A DNA stretch of 32,000 nt, from positions 1,890,001 through 1,922,000 of the forward strand of contig NC_020304.1 in NCBI RefSeq assembly GCF_000341395.1, given 5' to 3'. The notes under the pieces were generated by a model. It was not told the origin of the DNA. It saw only the letters and a list, made by a program, of their open reading frames with translations, and did not search any database. Origin of the DNA: Desulfocapsa sulfexigens DSM 10523 (GTDB lineage: Bacteria > Desulfobacterota > Desulfobulbia > Desulfobulbales > Desulfocapsaceae). The position numbers and the translations under genes are program-made. Shown in pieces: positions 8,409 through 16,877 of this stretch (positions are counted from its first letter, which is position 1; each line of letters opens with the position of its first letter).

Positions 8409-9122
8409 ATGTTTGATTTGCTGAATCCCGGCACCTGGTTCCCCAGAGCTGCTCCACAGCTGCGGGCCAACAAAGACTTTTTTGCCAGTTTTGATCAGGG
8501 ACGTCCTTTGAGTGAGTACACCTTTGTGGTGTGCGATACGGAACTCACAGGATTGAATAAAAAGAAAGATGAGCTGATTTCCATTGGTGCTGTTACGATC
8601 AGGGATCTGCAGATTGATCTTTCATCCATGTTTCATAACTTTATAAAACCTGAAAACATGGATCCCACACAGGCAACACTGGTGCATCGCATAACACCGC
8701 AGCAACTTGAGGCAGCTGAACCGATTGATGTCGTACTGCCAAGATTTGTTGAATATATCCAAGGGAGTCTGCTCGTTGGTCATCACCTTCCTCTGGATAT
8801 GCATTTTCTGAATAAGGCAACAGCTCGAGTCATGGGCGGAACACTGTCCAATCCAGGTGTGGATACTATGCGTATGGCTCAGGGGTATAAACGGGTACAG
8901 CTCGGCCACTACCATGAACATAATCCGCGTGAGATAAGTTACAGTCTCGACGATCTTGGCAGGGAGTATAATCTCCCTCAGTTTAAACCCCATGATGCCT
9001 TAGAGGATGCTCTGCAGACCGCCTACCTTTTTCTCTATTTGATAAAGAAATTTCGCAAAGGTGGACTCGTGACCCTAAAGGATATTTTTCAGTCCGGTAG
9101 GGTGGGAAGTTTCCGATATTAG
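8409..9122 (+). CDS. DEDDh 3'-5' exonuclease (DnaQ / DNA pol III epsilon-like).
   Basis: 237 aa. ExoI is VVCDTELTGL, ExoII is GHHLPLDMHFL and ExoIII is PHDALEDALQTA (H-x4-D). Its ATG lies 2 nt after the TGA of the preceding gene, which suggests translational coupling. Confidence 0.85.
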   Translation: MFDLLNPGTWFPRAAPQLRANKDFFASFDQGRPLSEYTFVVCDTELTGLNKKKDELISIGAVTIRDLQIDLSSMFHNFIKPENMDPTQATLVHRITPQQLEAAEPIDVVLPRFVEYIQGSLLVGHHLPLDMHFLNKATARVMGGTLSNPGVDTMRMAQGYKRVQLGHYHEHNPREISYSLDDLGREYNLPQFKPHDALEDALQTAYLFLYLIKKFRKGGLVTLKDIFQSGRVGSFRY

Positions 9123-9197
9123 ATAACAATGTGTTGTGAATAGATTTTAGTTGTGTTTCCTGTAGGGAAAAGCCTTAGGCCCTTTGTCAGTCCATCA

Positions 9198-9227
9198 TTG
9201 ACAGCGATCGGGGGGATATGGTATAAG
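9198..9227 (+). promoter_or_regulatory. Sigma70-type promoter for the DUF4212/symporter operon.
   Basis: TTGACA (9198-9203), an 18-nt spacer, then TATAAG (9222-9227), with an extended -10 TG at 9219-9220. It is about 58 nt upstream of the DUF4212 ATG. Confidence 0.5.
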
Positions 9228-9284
9228 GCGTCGTTTTGTGAGGAGAAAGGTTCATTACAATTCCAATAAGGAGGAAAGAGAGTT

Positions 9285-9539
9285 ATGAATGATGCTCAGA
9301 AGTATTGGCAGGCGAATATCCGGTTAGTTATCGGATGTCTGATCGTCTGGTTTGCGGTTTCATTTGGTGCGGGTATTCTGTTTGTGCACCAGCTGAATGC
9401 CATCAGGATTTTAGGTGGATATCCACTTGGCTTCTGGTTTGCCCAGCAAGGTTCTATTTATACCTTCATGGTTCTGATCTTTTTTTACGCCTGGCGTATG
9501 AATCAGCTTGATAAAAAATTCCACGTCAGTGAAGCTTAG
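9285..9539 (+). CDS. DUF4212 putative solute:sodium symporter small subunit.
   Basis: 84 aa, two TM helices, and the YW-x-N...GYPLGFWFAQQGSIY...Y motif typical of the small partner of VC_2705-type symporters. AAGGAGGA RBS upstream. Confidence 0.85.
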   Translation: MNDAQKYWQANIRLVIGCLIVWFAVSFGAGILFVHQLNAIRILGGYPLGFWFAQQGSIYTFMVLIFFYAWRMNQLDKKFHVSEA

Positions 9540-9553
9540 GGAGAGATGAGAGA

Positions 9554-11332
9554 ATGACAAATCTACAAATGTGGACGTATGCTGTTGTAGGGGCAACTTT
9601 TGCTCTCTATATTTTTATTGCCATCAAGGCTCGTGCTGCCACCACCGGAGAGTTTTATGTTGCCGGTAAGGGTGTGCATCCGGTTCTGAATGGTATGGCC
9701 ACAGGCGCTGACTGGATGTCTGCTGCCTCGTTTATTTCCATGGCTGGTCTCATTGCCTTCAGTGGCTATGATGCTTCCGTGTATCTTATGGGTTGGACTG
9801 GTGGTTACTGTCTTTTGGCCATGCTCCTCGCCCCGTATCTGCGAAAGTATGGAAAATTCACTGTGCCCGAGTTTATTGGTGACAGGTTCTACTCTCAGAC
9901 TGCCCGTGTTGTGGCCGTTATCTGTCTGATAGTAGCTTCTCTTACCTATGTTATCGGCCAAATGAAGGGTATTGGTGTTGCCTTTTCCCGGTTTCTCGAA
10001 ATTCCGTTTAACTATGGTCTCTTTCTTGGTATGGGAATCGTATTCATCTACGCTGTTCTTGGTGGAATGAAAGGTGTTACCTATACCCAGATAGCTCAGT
10101 ACTGTGTTTTGATCTTTGCTTATACCGTACCAGCTATCTTTATTTCCCTGCAGCTCACCGGGAATGCCATTCCTCAGCTTGGTTTGGGCTCGGTAATGGC
10201 GGATGGTTCAGGAGTCTTCCTCCTGGATAAGATGGATAAGACATTGGTGGATCTGGGGTTTGATGCCTATACGACGCAGAAGGGGAGTACGATCAATATC
10301 TTTCTTCTGACCATGTCGCTGATGATTGGTACTGCGGGCCTTCCCCATGTTATTACCCGTTTCTTTACTGTACCTAAGGTAAAAGACGCACGTTCTTCAG
10401 CTGGCTGGGCTCTGGTTTTCATCGCGATCCTCTACACCACTGCTCCCAGTGTTGGTGCCATGGCTCGTTTGAATCTGGTGAATACCATTCAGGCAGATTC
10501 CATCGCCCCCGATACTACCCAGAATCTGAAAATTGATGCACTTCCTTCCTGGTTTACAAACTGGGAAAAAACCGGTCTGTTGAAATTTGAAGACAAAAAC
10601 GGTGACGGACGTATTCAGTATGTTGGTAAGAATTACACAGGTACCGATGCAAACGGTAAAGTTGTCGAAAACGAGATGATCAAAGTTGACCGTGATATCA
10701 TGGTTCTTGCCAATCCAGAGATTGCAGGGCTTCCAAACTGGGTTATTGCACTCGTTGCTGCCGGTGGAATTGCTGCCGCGCTCTCAACTGCTGCTGGACT
10801 CCTTCTTGCAATCTCTTCAGCGATTTCTCATGACATCGTGAAGGGCATTGTTGCAAAGAATATTGATGATAAAACTGAGCTCATGGCTGGTCGTATCGCA
10901 ATGGCTGGTGCTATTGCTGTGGCTGGGTATCTTGGACTGAATCCTCCAGGATTTGCGGCCCAGGTTGTTGCCCTGGCCTTTGGTCTTGCTGCATCCTCAA
11001 TATTTCCAGCACTCATGATGGGAATTTTCGCAAAACGTGTTAATAATGTTGGTGCTGTACTTGGTATGCTTGCTGGTCTTGGAACTACCCTTGTTTATAT
11101 TTTCTGGTTTAAGGGATGGTTCTTTATTCCCGGTACAGAAATGGCCAAAGACGTAGCTGCTAACTGGTTCATGGGGATATCCCCTGGTTCCTTTGGTGCC
11201 GTGGGTGCGGTGATCAACTTTGCTGTTGCTCTTACTGCTTCCAGTTTAACTGCTCCTCCACCAGAGCACATTCAGCATCTTGTTGAGGACATTCGTGTTC
11301 CAATGGGAGCTAAGGCAGCAGTCGATCATTAA
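9554..11332 (+). CDS. Sodium:solute symporter (SSF) large subunit, VC_2705-like; probable acetate/monocarboxylate permease.
   Basis: 592 aa polytopic protein. SSF-like N-terminus (EFYVAGKGVHPVLNGMATGADWMSAASFISMAG). It is paired with DUF4212 and lies near acs. Substrate is inferred from context only. Confidence 0.88.
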   Translation: MTNLQMWTYAVVGATFALYIFIAIKARAATTGEFYVAGKGVHPVLNGMATGADWMSAASFISMAGLIAFSGYDASVYLMGWTGGYCLLAMLLAPYLRKYGKFTVPEFIGDRFYSQTARVVAVICLIVASLTYVIGQMKGIGVAFSRFLEIPFNYGLFLGMGIVFIYAVLGGMKGVTYTQIAQYCVLIFAYTVPAIFISLQLTGNAIPQLGLGSVMADGSGVFLLDKMDKTLVDLGFDAYTTQKGSTINIFLLTMSLMIGTAGLPHVITRFFTVPKVKDARSSAGWALVFIAILYTTAPSVGAMARLNLVNTIQADSIAPDTTQNLKIDALPSWFTNWEKTGLLKFEDKNGDGRIQYVGKNYTGTDANGKVVENEMIKVDRDIMVLANPEIAGLPNWVIALVAAGGIAAALSTAAGLLLAISSAISHDIVKGIVAKNIDDKTELMAGRIAMAGAIAVAGYLGLNPPGFAAQVVALAFGLAASSIFPALMMGIFAKRVNNVGAVLGMLAGLGTTLVYIFWFKGWFFIPGTEMAKDVAANWFMGISPGSFGAVGAVINFAVALTASSLTAPPPEHIQHLVEDIRVPMGAKAAVDH

Positions 11333-11376
11333 TAGTAGGAAAAGCTAGTATATCTGCCTGTTGGCAGAGAAAAAAA

Positions 11377-11407
11377 GCATCCGTAATCTTTACGGATGCT
11401 TTTTTTT
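11377..11407 (+). terminator. Rho-independent terminator after the symporter gene.
   Basis: gcatccgta (11377-11385) pairs with tacggatgc (11391-11399) around a 5-nt loop, followed by an 8-T run (11400-11407). An A-run upstream gives it bidirectional character. Confidence 0.8.
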
Positions 11408-11456
11408 GGTTTATGGAAAGAAGAGTTGTTGTAAGAAAAACGTCGAGGGTTGGATA

Positions 11457-12002
11457 ATGTTACAATCAGAAAGTTGCTACCTTCATATAATTGATCCTCA
11501 GGAACGCTTAATGGCTCATATCCATGAGGCATCCAGAGTGACCGAGACCATTATCAAAATGGTAAACTGCGCAAGGATCATTGGTTTGCCTGTGATAGCC
11601 AACACCCAGTACAAAAAAGGCTTGGGGGCTTATGTTACAGGTCTTGAAGAGTTAATGGATGAAGTTCCTAGGCCTGATAAAATTGAATTTAACGCGCTTG
11701 CTAATGCAGAAACCAAGGAGCTGGTAAGTGCTCTACCCGCTACAGTGGATACTGCAATACTGGTAGGTGTAGAAACGCATATCTGTGTCTATCAAACGGC
11801 ACTTGGTCTACAGGAACTCGGGTTTTCGTCCTGGATAGTAGCGGATGGAGTGTCTTCACGTTTAGAAAAAAACCATCTCCTGGGGTTGGCACGCTTGCGT
11901 GATACCGGAGCTGCCATAGGCCCAGCTGAAATGATACTGTATGAATTACTGGCCAAGGCGGGAAGCGCTCAATTTAAAGAAGTTCTGCCACATATCATTT
12001 AA
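11457..12002 (+). CDS. Isochorismatase-family (cysteine) hydrolase.
   Basis: 181 aa from ATG at 11457 (GAGGG 7-8 nt upstream). LVGVETHICVYQTALGLQELGF...VADGVSSR matches the isochorismatase-fold catalytic Cys region. The ORF-track TTG start at 11361 falls just upstream of the terminator and its extension reads through it. Confidence 0.8.
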   Translation: MLQSESCYLHIIDPQERLMAHIHEASRVTETIIKMVNCARIIGLPVIANTQYKKGLGAYVTGLEELMDEVPRPDKIEFNALANAETKELVSALPATVDTAILVGVETHICVYQTALGLQELGFSSWIVADGVSSRLEKNHLLGLARLRDTGAAIGPAEMILYELLAKAGSAQFKEVLPHII

Positions 12003-12058
12003 CACCATACATAAACCAAAAAATTTATAATCCCAAACCTATTAATAAAGAAAAAGTC

Positions 12059-14707
12059 ATGAAAGGAAAAGAAATCCGCAGACGTTTTATTGAGTATTTT
12101 GAGAAACATGATCATACCAGGGTTGAAAGTTCCTCCCTTGTTCCACATGATGATCCTACACTCCTCTTTGTAAATGCCGGAATGGTACAGTTTAAAACGG
12201 TGTTTATGGGCGAAGATAAACGCGATTATACTCGTGCTGTGACAAGTCAGCGATGTGTGCGTGCCGGTGGCAAACACAACGATCTCGAAAATGTTGGCTA
12301 TACAGCCCGACATCATACGTTTTTTGAAATGCTCGGTAACTTTTCTTTTGGTGACTATTTTAAAGAGGATGCCATCAGGTTTGCCTGGGAGTTCCTTATT
12401 CAAGAGCTTAAACTTCCTGCTGAGCAAATGTGGGTTTCTGTTTTTGAGGATGACGATGAAGCATTTGAACTCTGGGAGAAGATAGAAGATCTTCCCAAGG
12501 GGCGTATTGTTCGTCTGGGGGAAAAAGACAACTTCTGGGCCATGGGAGACACTGGACCCTGTGGTCCCTGCTCCGAAATTCATATTGATCAGGGCAGAGA
12601 GGCAGGCTGTGATCGCCCTGATTGTGCGGTCGGCTGTGATTGTGATCGCTTCCTTGAACTGTGGAATCTCGTTTTTATGCAGTTTAATCGTTCAGAGGAC
12701 GGAACAATGACGCCTCTGCCAAAACCCAGCATTGACACGGGAATGGGTCTTGAACGAGTAGCAGCGGTTCTACAGGGGAAATTTAACAATTACGATACGG
12801 ACCTTTTTCAGCCAGTCATTCAAAAACTTGAAGGGTTGTCTGGCTGTAAGTATCTGGCCAATCAGGATGATACTACTGCCATGCGGGTCATTTCTGACCA
12901 CGCCCGTGCTACCACTTTTCTGGTTGCCGACGGTGTTCTTCCCTCTAACGAAGGACGCGGCTACGTGTTGCGCCGGGTTATGCGCCGTGCCATCAGATAT
13001 GGTCGTAACCTTGGGTTGACTAAACCCTTTCTTGAAGCAGTGACGGCTGAGGTGACAAACACCATGAAAGAGGCTCACCCTCACTTGAAGGATTGTGCGG
13101 ACCTTCTGGCTAAGGTTGTTAATAATGAGGAACTGCGTTTTGGAGAAACCCTGGAGCATGGTCTCTCCATGCTTGATGAAGAGATAAAGCGACTTGCTAA
13201 GCTTAATGATAAGCTGATAAATGGTGAATTTGTCTTTAAACTCTATGACACCTTTGGCTTCCCTGTTGATATTGTACGCGATATCTCACTGGAACGGGGG
13301 GTGGAGTTTGATCATGACGGTTTTGCTGCCGCCATGGAAAAACAGAGAAATCAATCCCGTGCATCACGCAAGGGTGAGAATGTACGCATTCTTGGCAAAG
13401 GCCTGAAACAACTTATTGAAAGTGGAAACAGAAGCGAGTTTGTTGGCTACGTAGGGCTTAGCTCTCAAGCGGTGGTTTTTGGACTACTCGATCACGAAGG
13501 GGAGGTATGTGAAGAGTTGCCAGCTGGAACAGTGGGACAGCTGTTTGTGAGTGCTACTCCTTTCTATGCCGAAGCAGGTGGTCAGGCAGGGGATAAAGGA
13601 ACTGTGTCCTGGGATGGTGGTGAGGCCGATGTGTACGGAACGCTGACCGAAGGCGAAGGGATTATCCTGCACAGGATAAAGATCACTAGGGGCATACTGG
13701 CTACAGGGGTAACTGTTCAGCTCGAAGTTGAAACAGCCAAGCGTAATGACACCGCTTCAAATCACACAGCAACCCATTTACTTCAGGCGGCCTTGAAAGA
13801 ACTCCTTGGGGATCATATTAAACAGGCAGGTTCACAGGTGACACATGATCGTCTTCGCTTTGATTTTACACATTTCTCACAGCTGTCAGCCGATGAAAAA
13901 GAGACTGTTGAGAGAAGGGTAAATGAGAAAATTAGAGAGAATATCATTACCGACACAGCTGTACTTGAGCGTAACCAGGCAATTGAGCAGGGAGCAACGG
14001 CCCTTTTTGGTGAGAAATATGGGGACAGTGTCAGAGTTGTGAGTCTTGGAGATTTTTCTAAAGAGCTCTGTGGCGGAACTCATGTTGCGGCAACAGGAGA
14101 CATAGGTCTTTTTCAAATTGTATCAGAAAGTGGCATTGCGGCAGGAGTGCGAAGGATTGAGGCCGTAACAGGAAGAGCTGCTCTGGAGAGAGTGCTTTCC
14201 CAGGCAAGACGGGAGCATGATGTGTGCGAAATGTTGAACGTTCAGCCAGACAATATTGTTGATCGAGTTGAAACTCTGGTTCGTAGCAATAAGTCCCTCG
14301 AAAGGCAGGTTGCTGACTTGTCCACCCAGCTTGCAACCACCGATCTTGTTGATCTCATGGAATCTGCAGCAGAGATAGAAGGGGTCAAAGTTATTGCAGC
14401 TGTCATTCCATTGGATAGTCCGAAAACCTTACGTGAAGTGGGGGATAGAGTGCGCGATGCCCTGGGGACTGGTGTGGCAGTGCTTGGCGGTGAAATTAAT
14501 GGTAAGGCTGCGTTGCTTGCACTTGTATCAAAAGATCTTACAAAGAAAATAAAGGCTGGTGAACTTGTTAACAGGGTTGCAGTAATTGTTGGTGGTAAGG
14601 GTGGTGGCAGGCCAGACATGGCACAGGCTGGTGGCACCATGCCAGATAAAATGAAGGAGGCAATCGCTTCTGTGCACGAACATGTCCGTGAGCTCTTGGT
14701 CAAATGA
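12059..14707 (+). CDS. alaS: Alanine--tRNA ligase.
   Basis: 882 aa. Class II core (RHHTFFEMLGNFSFGDYFK), editing-domain HxxxH (HTATHLL) and CGGTH, and a C-terminal DHHA1-like GGGRPDMAQAGG. Confidence 0.97.
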   Translation: MKGKEIRRRFIEYFEKHDHTRVESSSLVPHDDPTLLFVNAGMVQFKTVFMGEDKRDYTRAVTSQRCVRAGGKHNDLENVGYTARHHTFFEMLGNFSFGDYFKEDAIRFAWEFLIQELKLPAEQMWVSVFEDDDEAFELWEKIEDLPKGRIVRLGEKDNFWAMGDTGPCGPCSEIHIDQGREAGCDRPDCAVGCDCDRFLELWNLVFMQFNRSEDGTMTPLPKPSIDTGMGLERVAAVLQGKFNNYDTDLFQPVIQKLEGLSGCKYLANQDDTTAMRVISDHARATTFLVADGVLPSNEGRGYVLRRVMRRAIRYGRNLGLTKPFLEAVTAEVTNTMKEAHPHLKDCADLLAKVVNNEELRFGETLEHGLSMLDEEIKRLAKLNDKLINGEFVFKLYDTFGFPVDIVRDISLERGVEFDHDGFAAAMEKQRNQSRASRKGENVRILGKGLKQLIESGNRSEFVGYVGLSSQAVVFGLLDHEGEVCEELPAGTVGQLFVSATPFYAEAGGQAGDKGTVSWDGGEADVYGTLTEGEGIILHRIKITRGILATGVTVQLEVETAKRNDTASNHTATHLLQAALKELLGDHIKQAGSQVTHDRLRFDFTHFSQLSADEKETVERRVNEKIRENIITDTAVLERNQAIEQGATALFGEKYGDSVRVVSLGDFSKELCGGTHVAATGDIGLFQIVSESGIAAGVRRIEAVTGRAALERVLSQARREHDVCEMLNVQPDNIVDRVETLVRSNKSLERQVADLSTQLATTDLVDLMESAAEIEGVKVIAAVIPLDSPKTLREVGDRVRDALGTGVAVLGGEINGKAALLALVSKDLTKKIKAGELVNRVAVIVGGKGGGRPDMAQAGGTMPDKMKEAIASVHEHVRELLVK

Positions 14708-15041
14708 TCAGTGATAAGGCGTTTAAAAGAAAGAGGCCTTAATTTAAGGAAAAGATCACTGCAGTAACCTTTAGTTTATATAGCAGTTTTGTGTGGTGGG
14801 TAGAGCGCCGGAGATATCTGTCTTGCGTGAAATGGTGGCTGGAGCGTAACCTGTTTTTGGGTTGTAAAGTGAAAAAAACTGTAAGCCATTACCACAAAAA
14901 TTTAGTTATTAAATCCAATAAGTGCTTTTCCAAGCGTTCGAAGGATTCTAATTATAGGAAATAGTAAAATAAATCGAGCTATTGTTCAAAACCGTTTGTT
15001 TCAAAATAAGAAATTCAAGCCCTTGACTCTCCTAAAAAAAG

Positions 15042-15070
15042 TTGACAGCGTAATGTATATGCGGTAGAAC
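15042..15070 (+). promoter_or_regulatory. Candidate sigma70 promoter of the atp operon.
   Basis: TTGACA (15042-15047), a 17-nt spacer, then TAGAAC (15065-15070), preceded by an A-tract (UP-like). It is 77 nt upstream of the atpF' ATG. The -10 element is only moderate. Confidence 0.3.
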
Positions 15071-15146
15071 CGTTTTTCGTGTTGTGAATCACCATTCATT
15101 TTGGGCGATTTTTTTGAGTTATCTTAGCTAATCAGGAGCAGAGAAA

Positions 15147-15572
15147 ATGGTTTCAATGGATATTACCCTGTTTCTTCAGATCGTAAATGCTATCGTTCTG
15201 ATGTTTCTCCTCAATGGAGTCATCTATAAGCCGGTACTGAAGATTTTGAAGGAAAGAAAAGTCAAGTTACAAGGCATGCGTGATGATGTAACTAAGTACG
15301 AAGATAACGCCCGCAGACGTCAGGAAGAAGTAGACAAAAAAATGCACAAGGCCTCTAGCAGGGCCAAGGCTGCACTTGATAATGCGCGCGCCGGGGCAAA
15401 AGCCGCCGGTGAGGAGAAACTCGCCGCAATCAAGGCTGAAGCCGATGCTGATAAAGATAAACAGCTGGCAGATATTAAATCCCAGGTTGAGGCTGCTCGA
15501 AAAGATCTTGAAGCCGGACTTGACGGATTTGCTTCTGCCATGGCAGGAAAAATTTTGGGAAGGAGTCTGTAA
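15147..15572 (+). CDS. atpF2: F-type ATP synthase Fo subunit b'.
   Basis: 141 aa. One N-terminal TM (ITLFLQIVNAIVLMFLLNGVIYKP), then a long charged Ala/Lys/Glu coiled coil. First gene of the atp cluster. AGGAG lies 9 nt upstream. Confidence 0.85.
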   Translation: MVSMDITLFLQIVNAIVLMFLLNGVIYKPVLKILKERKVKLQGMRDDVTKYEDNARRRQEEVDKKMHKASSRAKAALDNARAGAKAAGEEKLAAIKAEADADKDKQLADIKSQVEAARKDLEAGLDGFASAMAGKILGRSL

Positions 15573-15574
15573 GG

Positions 15575-16333
15575 ATGAGGGAGATGAAGCGAACAATCGG
15601 GAAAGGTGCACTTGTTGCGCTGATTCTGTGGTTTGCCCTGGCTGCAGGTATTGTCTGGGCGTCTGACCACGGAACAACAGCGGCAACTGGTGAGGGAATG
15701 CCCACGGCGGATGCCCATGTCTCTGCTGAGATGCATGGTGAGGCTGCTGCCGGGCATGCAGTGGTTGAAGATCATGCAACAGAAACTGCGGCACTTCATG
15801 GTGATGCTGCTGCCGGACATGGTAACGCCCATGCGGTTGATAGTCTGTCGCCTGCAAAGCTCAAAGATCTCGGCTGGCGTGTGATGAACTTTATCGTGCT
15901 GATGATCATCCTGGTGAAGTTTGGTGCTAAGCCAATTGCCAATGGACTCGGTGCTCGTCGTAAACAGATTAGAGATGAGATTGAAGATCTTGAAGCGAAG
16001 AAAGTTGATGCTGAGAAAGCCTACAAGGAGTTTTCCGCAAAGCTTGAATCTGTTGAAAAAGACGTCGATTCTATCGTTGAAAAAGCTGTTGCCCAGGCCG
16101 AGGTTGAGAAGGTCAGGATTATAGAGGCTGCAGAAAAATCAGCTGCCGATATTAAACGTTCTGCAGAAATGGCAATTGCCAATGAAATTACTGCGGCTAA
16201 ACGTAGCCTTAAGGTGAGCGTTACCGAGCAGGCAGCAATAATGGCTGAGGAGTTAATCGTTAAGAATCTGACAGCTGATGATCAGGTCAAGATTATCGAA
16301 GATTACTTAGATAAAGTAGGGGCCGTCCAGTGA
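15575..16333 (+). CDS. atpF: F-type ATP synthase Fo subunit b with a ~95-aa N-terminal signal peptide + His-rich extension.
   Basis: 252 aa. Residues ~96-252 look like a canonical b subunit: a TM (WRVMNFIVLMIILVKFG) plus coiled coil. Residues 1-29 look like a signal peptide ending VWA. Residues 30-95 carry 8 His. Confidence 0.85.
   Translation: MREMKRTIGKGALVALILWFALAAGIVWASDHGTTAATGEGMPTADAHVSAEMHGEAAAGHAVVEDHATETAALHGDAAAGHGNAHAVDSLSPAKLKDLGWRVMNFIVLMIILVKFGAKPIANGLGARRKQIRDEIEDLEAKKVDAEKAYKEFSAKLESVEKDVDSIVEKAVAQAEVEKVRIIEAAEKSAADIKRSAEMAIANEITAAKRSLKVSVTEQAAIMAEELIVKNLTADDQVKIIEDYLDKVGAVQ
15734..15821 (+). repeat. Two 25-nt direct repeats, 63 nt apart, inside atpF; they encode HG(E/D)AAAGH.
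   Basis: catggtgaGgctgctgccggGcatg (15734-15758) and catggtgaTgctgctgccggAcatg (15797-15821) match at 23/25 positions, in frame. Confidence 0.8.
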
Positions 16334-16875
16334 AACAGGTTATCTTAGCAAGACGATATGCAAAGGCACTTTTCGCAGTCTGTAAGGAAAACGAAAAGTT
16401 TGATGAGTATAACGATGCTCTTCAGGGCCTTAATGGAGTGTTTGCCACGGACAGCAGTCTGGCGGACTCTCTTACCAACCCCCTCTACCCGATGGATGTA
16501 CGCGAAAAGGTAATGGAAGGAATTGTTGCTTCCATGGGTGTTGATAAAGTTATGGGCAATTTTCTCAACCTGCTGGTCGAGAAAAAACGTGCTGGCGTTC
16601 TTCCTGATATTGCAGAAGAATTCCAGATCATGGTTGATGAAGAAAAAAATGTCAGTCATGGCAGCGTCGTCTCAGCAGTAGAACTGAGTGAAGAATTGCA
16701 GGCCAAAGTGCAGGCAACATTAGAAAAGCTTACTGGCAAGACAGTGAAACTGACTACCAGTGTGGATCCTTCAATCATTGGTGGCGTTGTTGCCAAGGTT
16801 GGTGATCTTGAATTAGACGGAAGTATCAGAACACAACTTGCGAGTTTAAAAGATTCCATTAAGGGGAGAGAGTAG
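16330..16875 (+). CDS. atpH: F-type ATP synthase F1 subunit delta (OSCP).
   Basis: 181 aa. N-terminal ARRYAKALF and C-terminal [17 protein letters not shown] are typical of delta. The GTG start overlaps the atpF stop (GTGA at 16330-16333). Confidence 0.9.
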   Translation: MKQVILARRYAKALFAVCKENEKFDEYNDALQGLNGVFATDSSLADSLTNPLYPMDVREKVMEGIVASMGVDKVMGNFLNLLVEKKRAGVLPDIAEEFQIMVDEEKNVSHGSVVSAVELSEELQAKVQATLEKLTGKTVKLTTSVDPSIIGGVVAKVGDLELDGSIRTQLASLKDSIKGRE

Positions 16876-16877
16876 CA

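Noticed and set aside
11354-11380. TGGCA...GCA resembling a sigma54 -24/-12 element. A similar TTGGCA lies at about 4253 upstream of acs.
   Set aside because: The GG-to-GC spacing is wrong (about 14 nt rather than about 11), and no TTGC -12 element is present.
11361-11456. TTG-initiated 32-residue extension of the isochorismatase-family ORF.
   Set aside because: The extension reads through the symporter terminator hairpin and T-run. ATG at 11457 has an SD, and the protein family begins near there.
11999-12583. 194-aa minus-strand ORF overlapping the 5' end of alaS.
   Set aside because: It is antisense to the class II catalytic core of AlaRS and has no recognisable motifs. It is a shadow ORF.
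14925-14945. GTTCGAA motif resembling a tRNA T-loop in the alaS-atp spacer.
   Set aside because: The flanking bases do not form a T-stem, and I could not build an acceptor or anticodon arm around it. I do not consider it a tRNA.
15267-15857. 196-aa and 170-aa minus-strand ORFs, plus +2/+3 frame ORFs, spanning atpF'/atpF.
   Set aside because: These are artefacts of the Ala/Lys/Glu-rich coiled-coil coding bias (GCN/GAR codons), which leaves the alternative frames open. The b'/b annotation explains the region.
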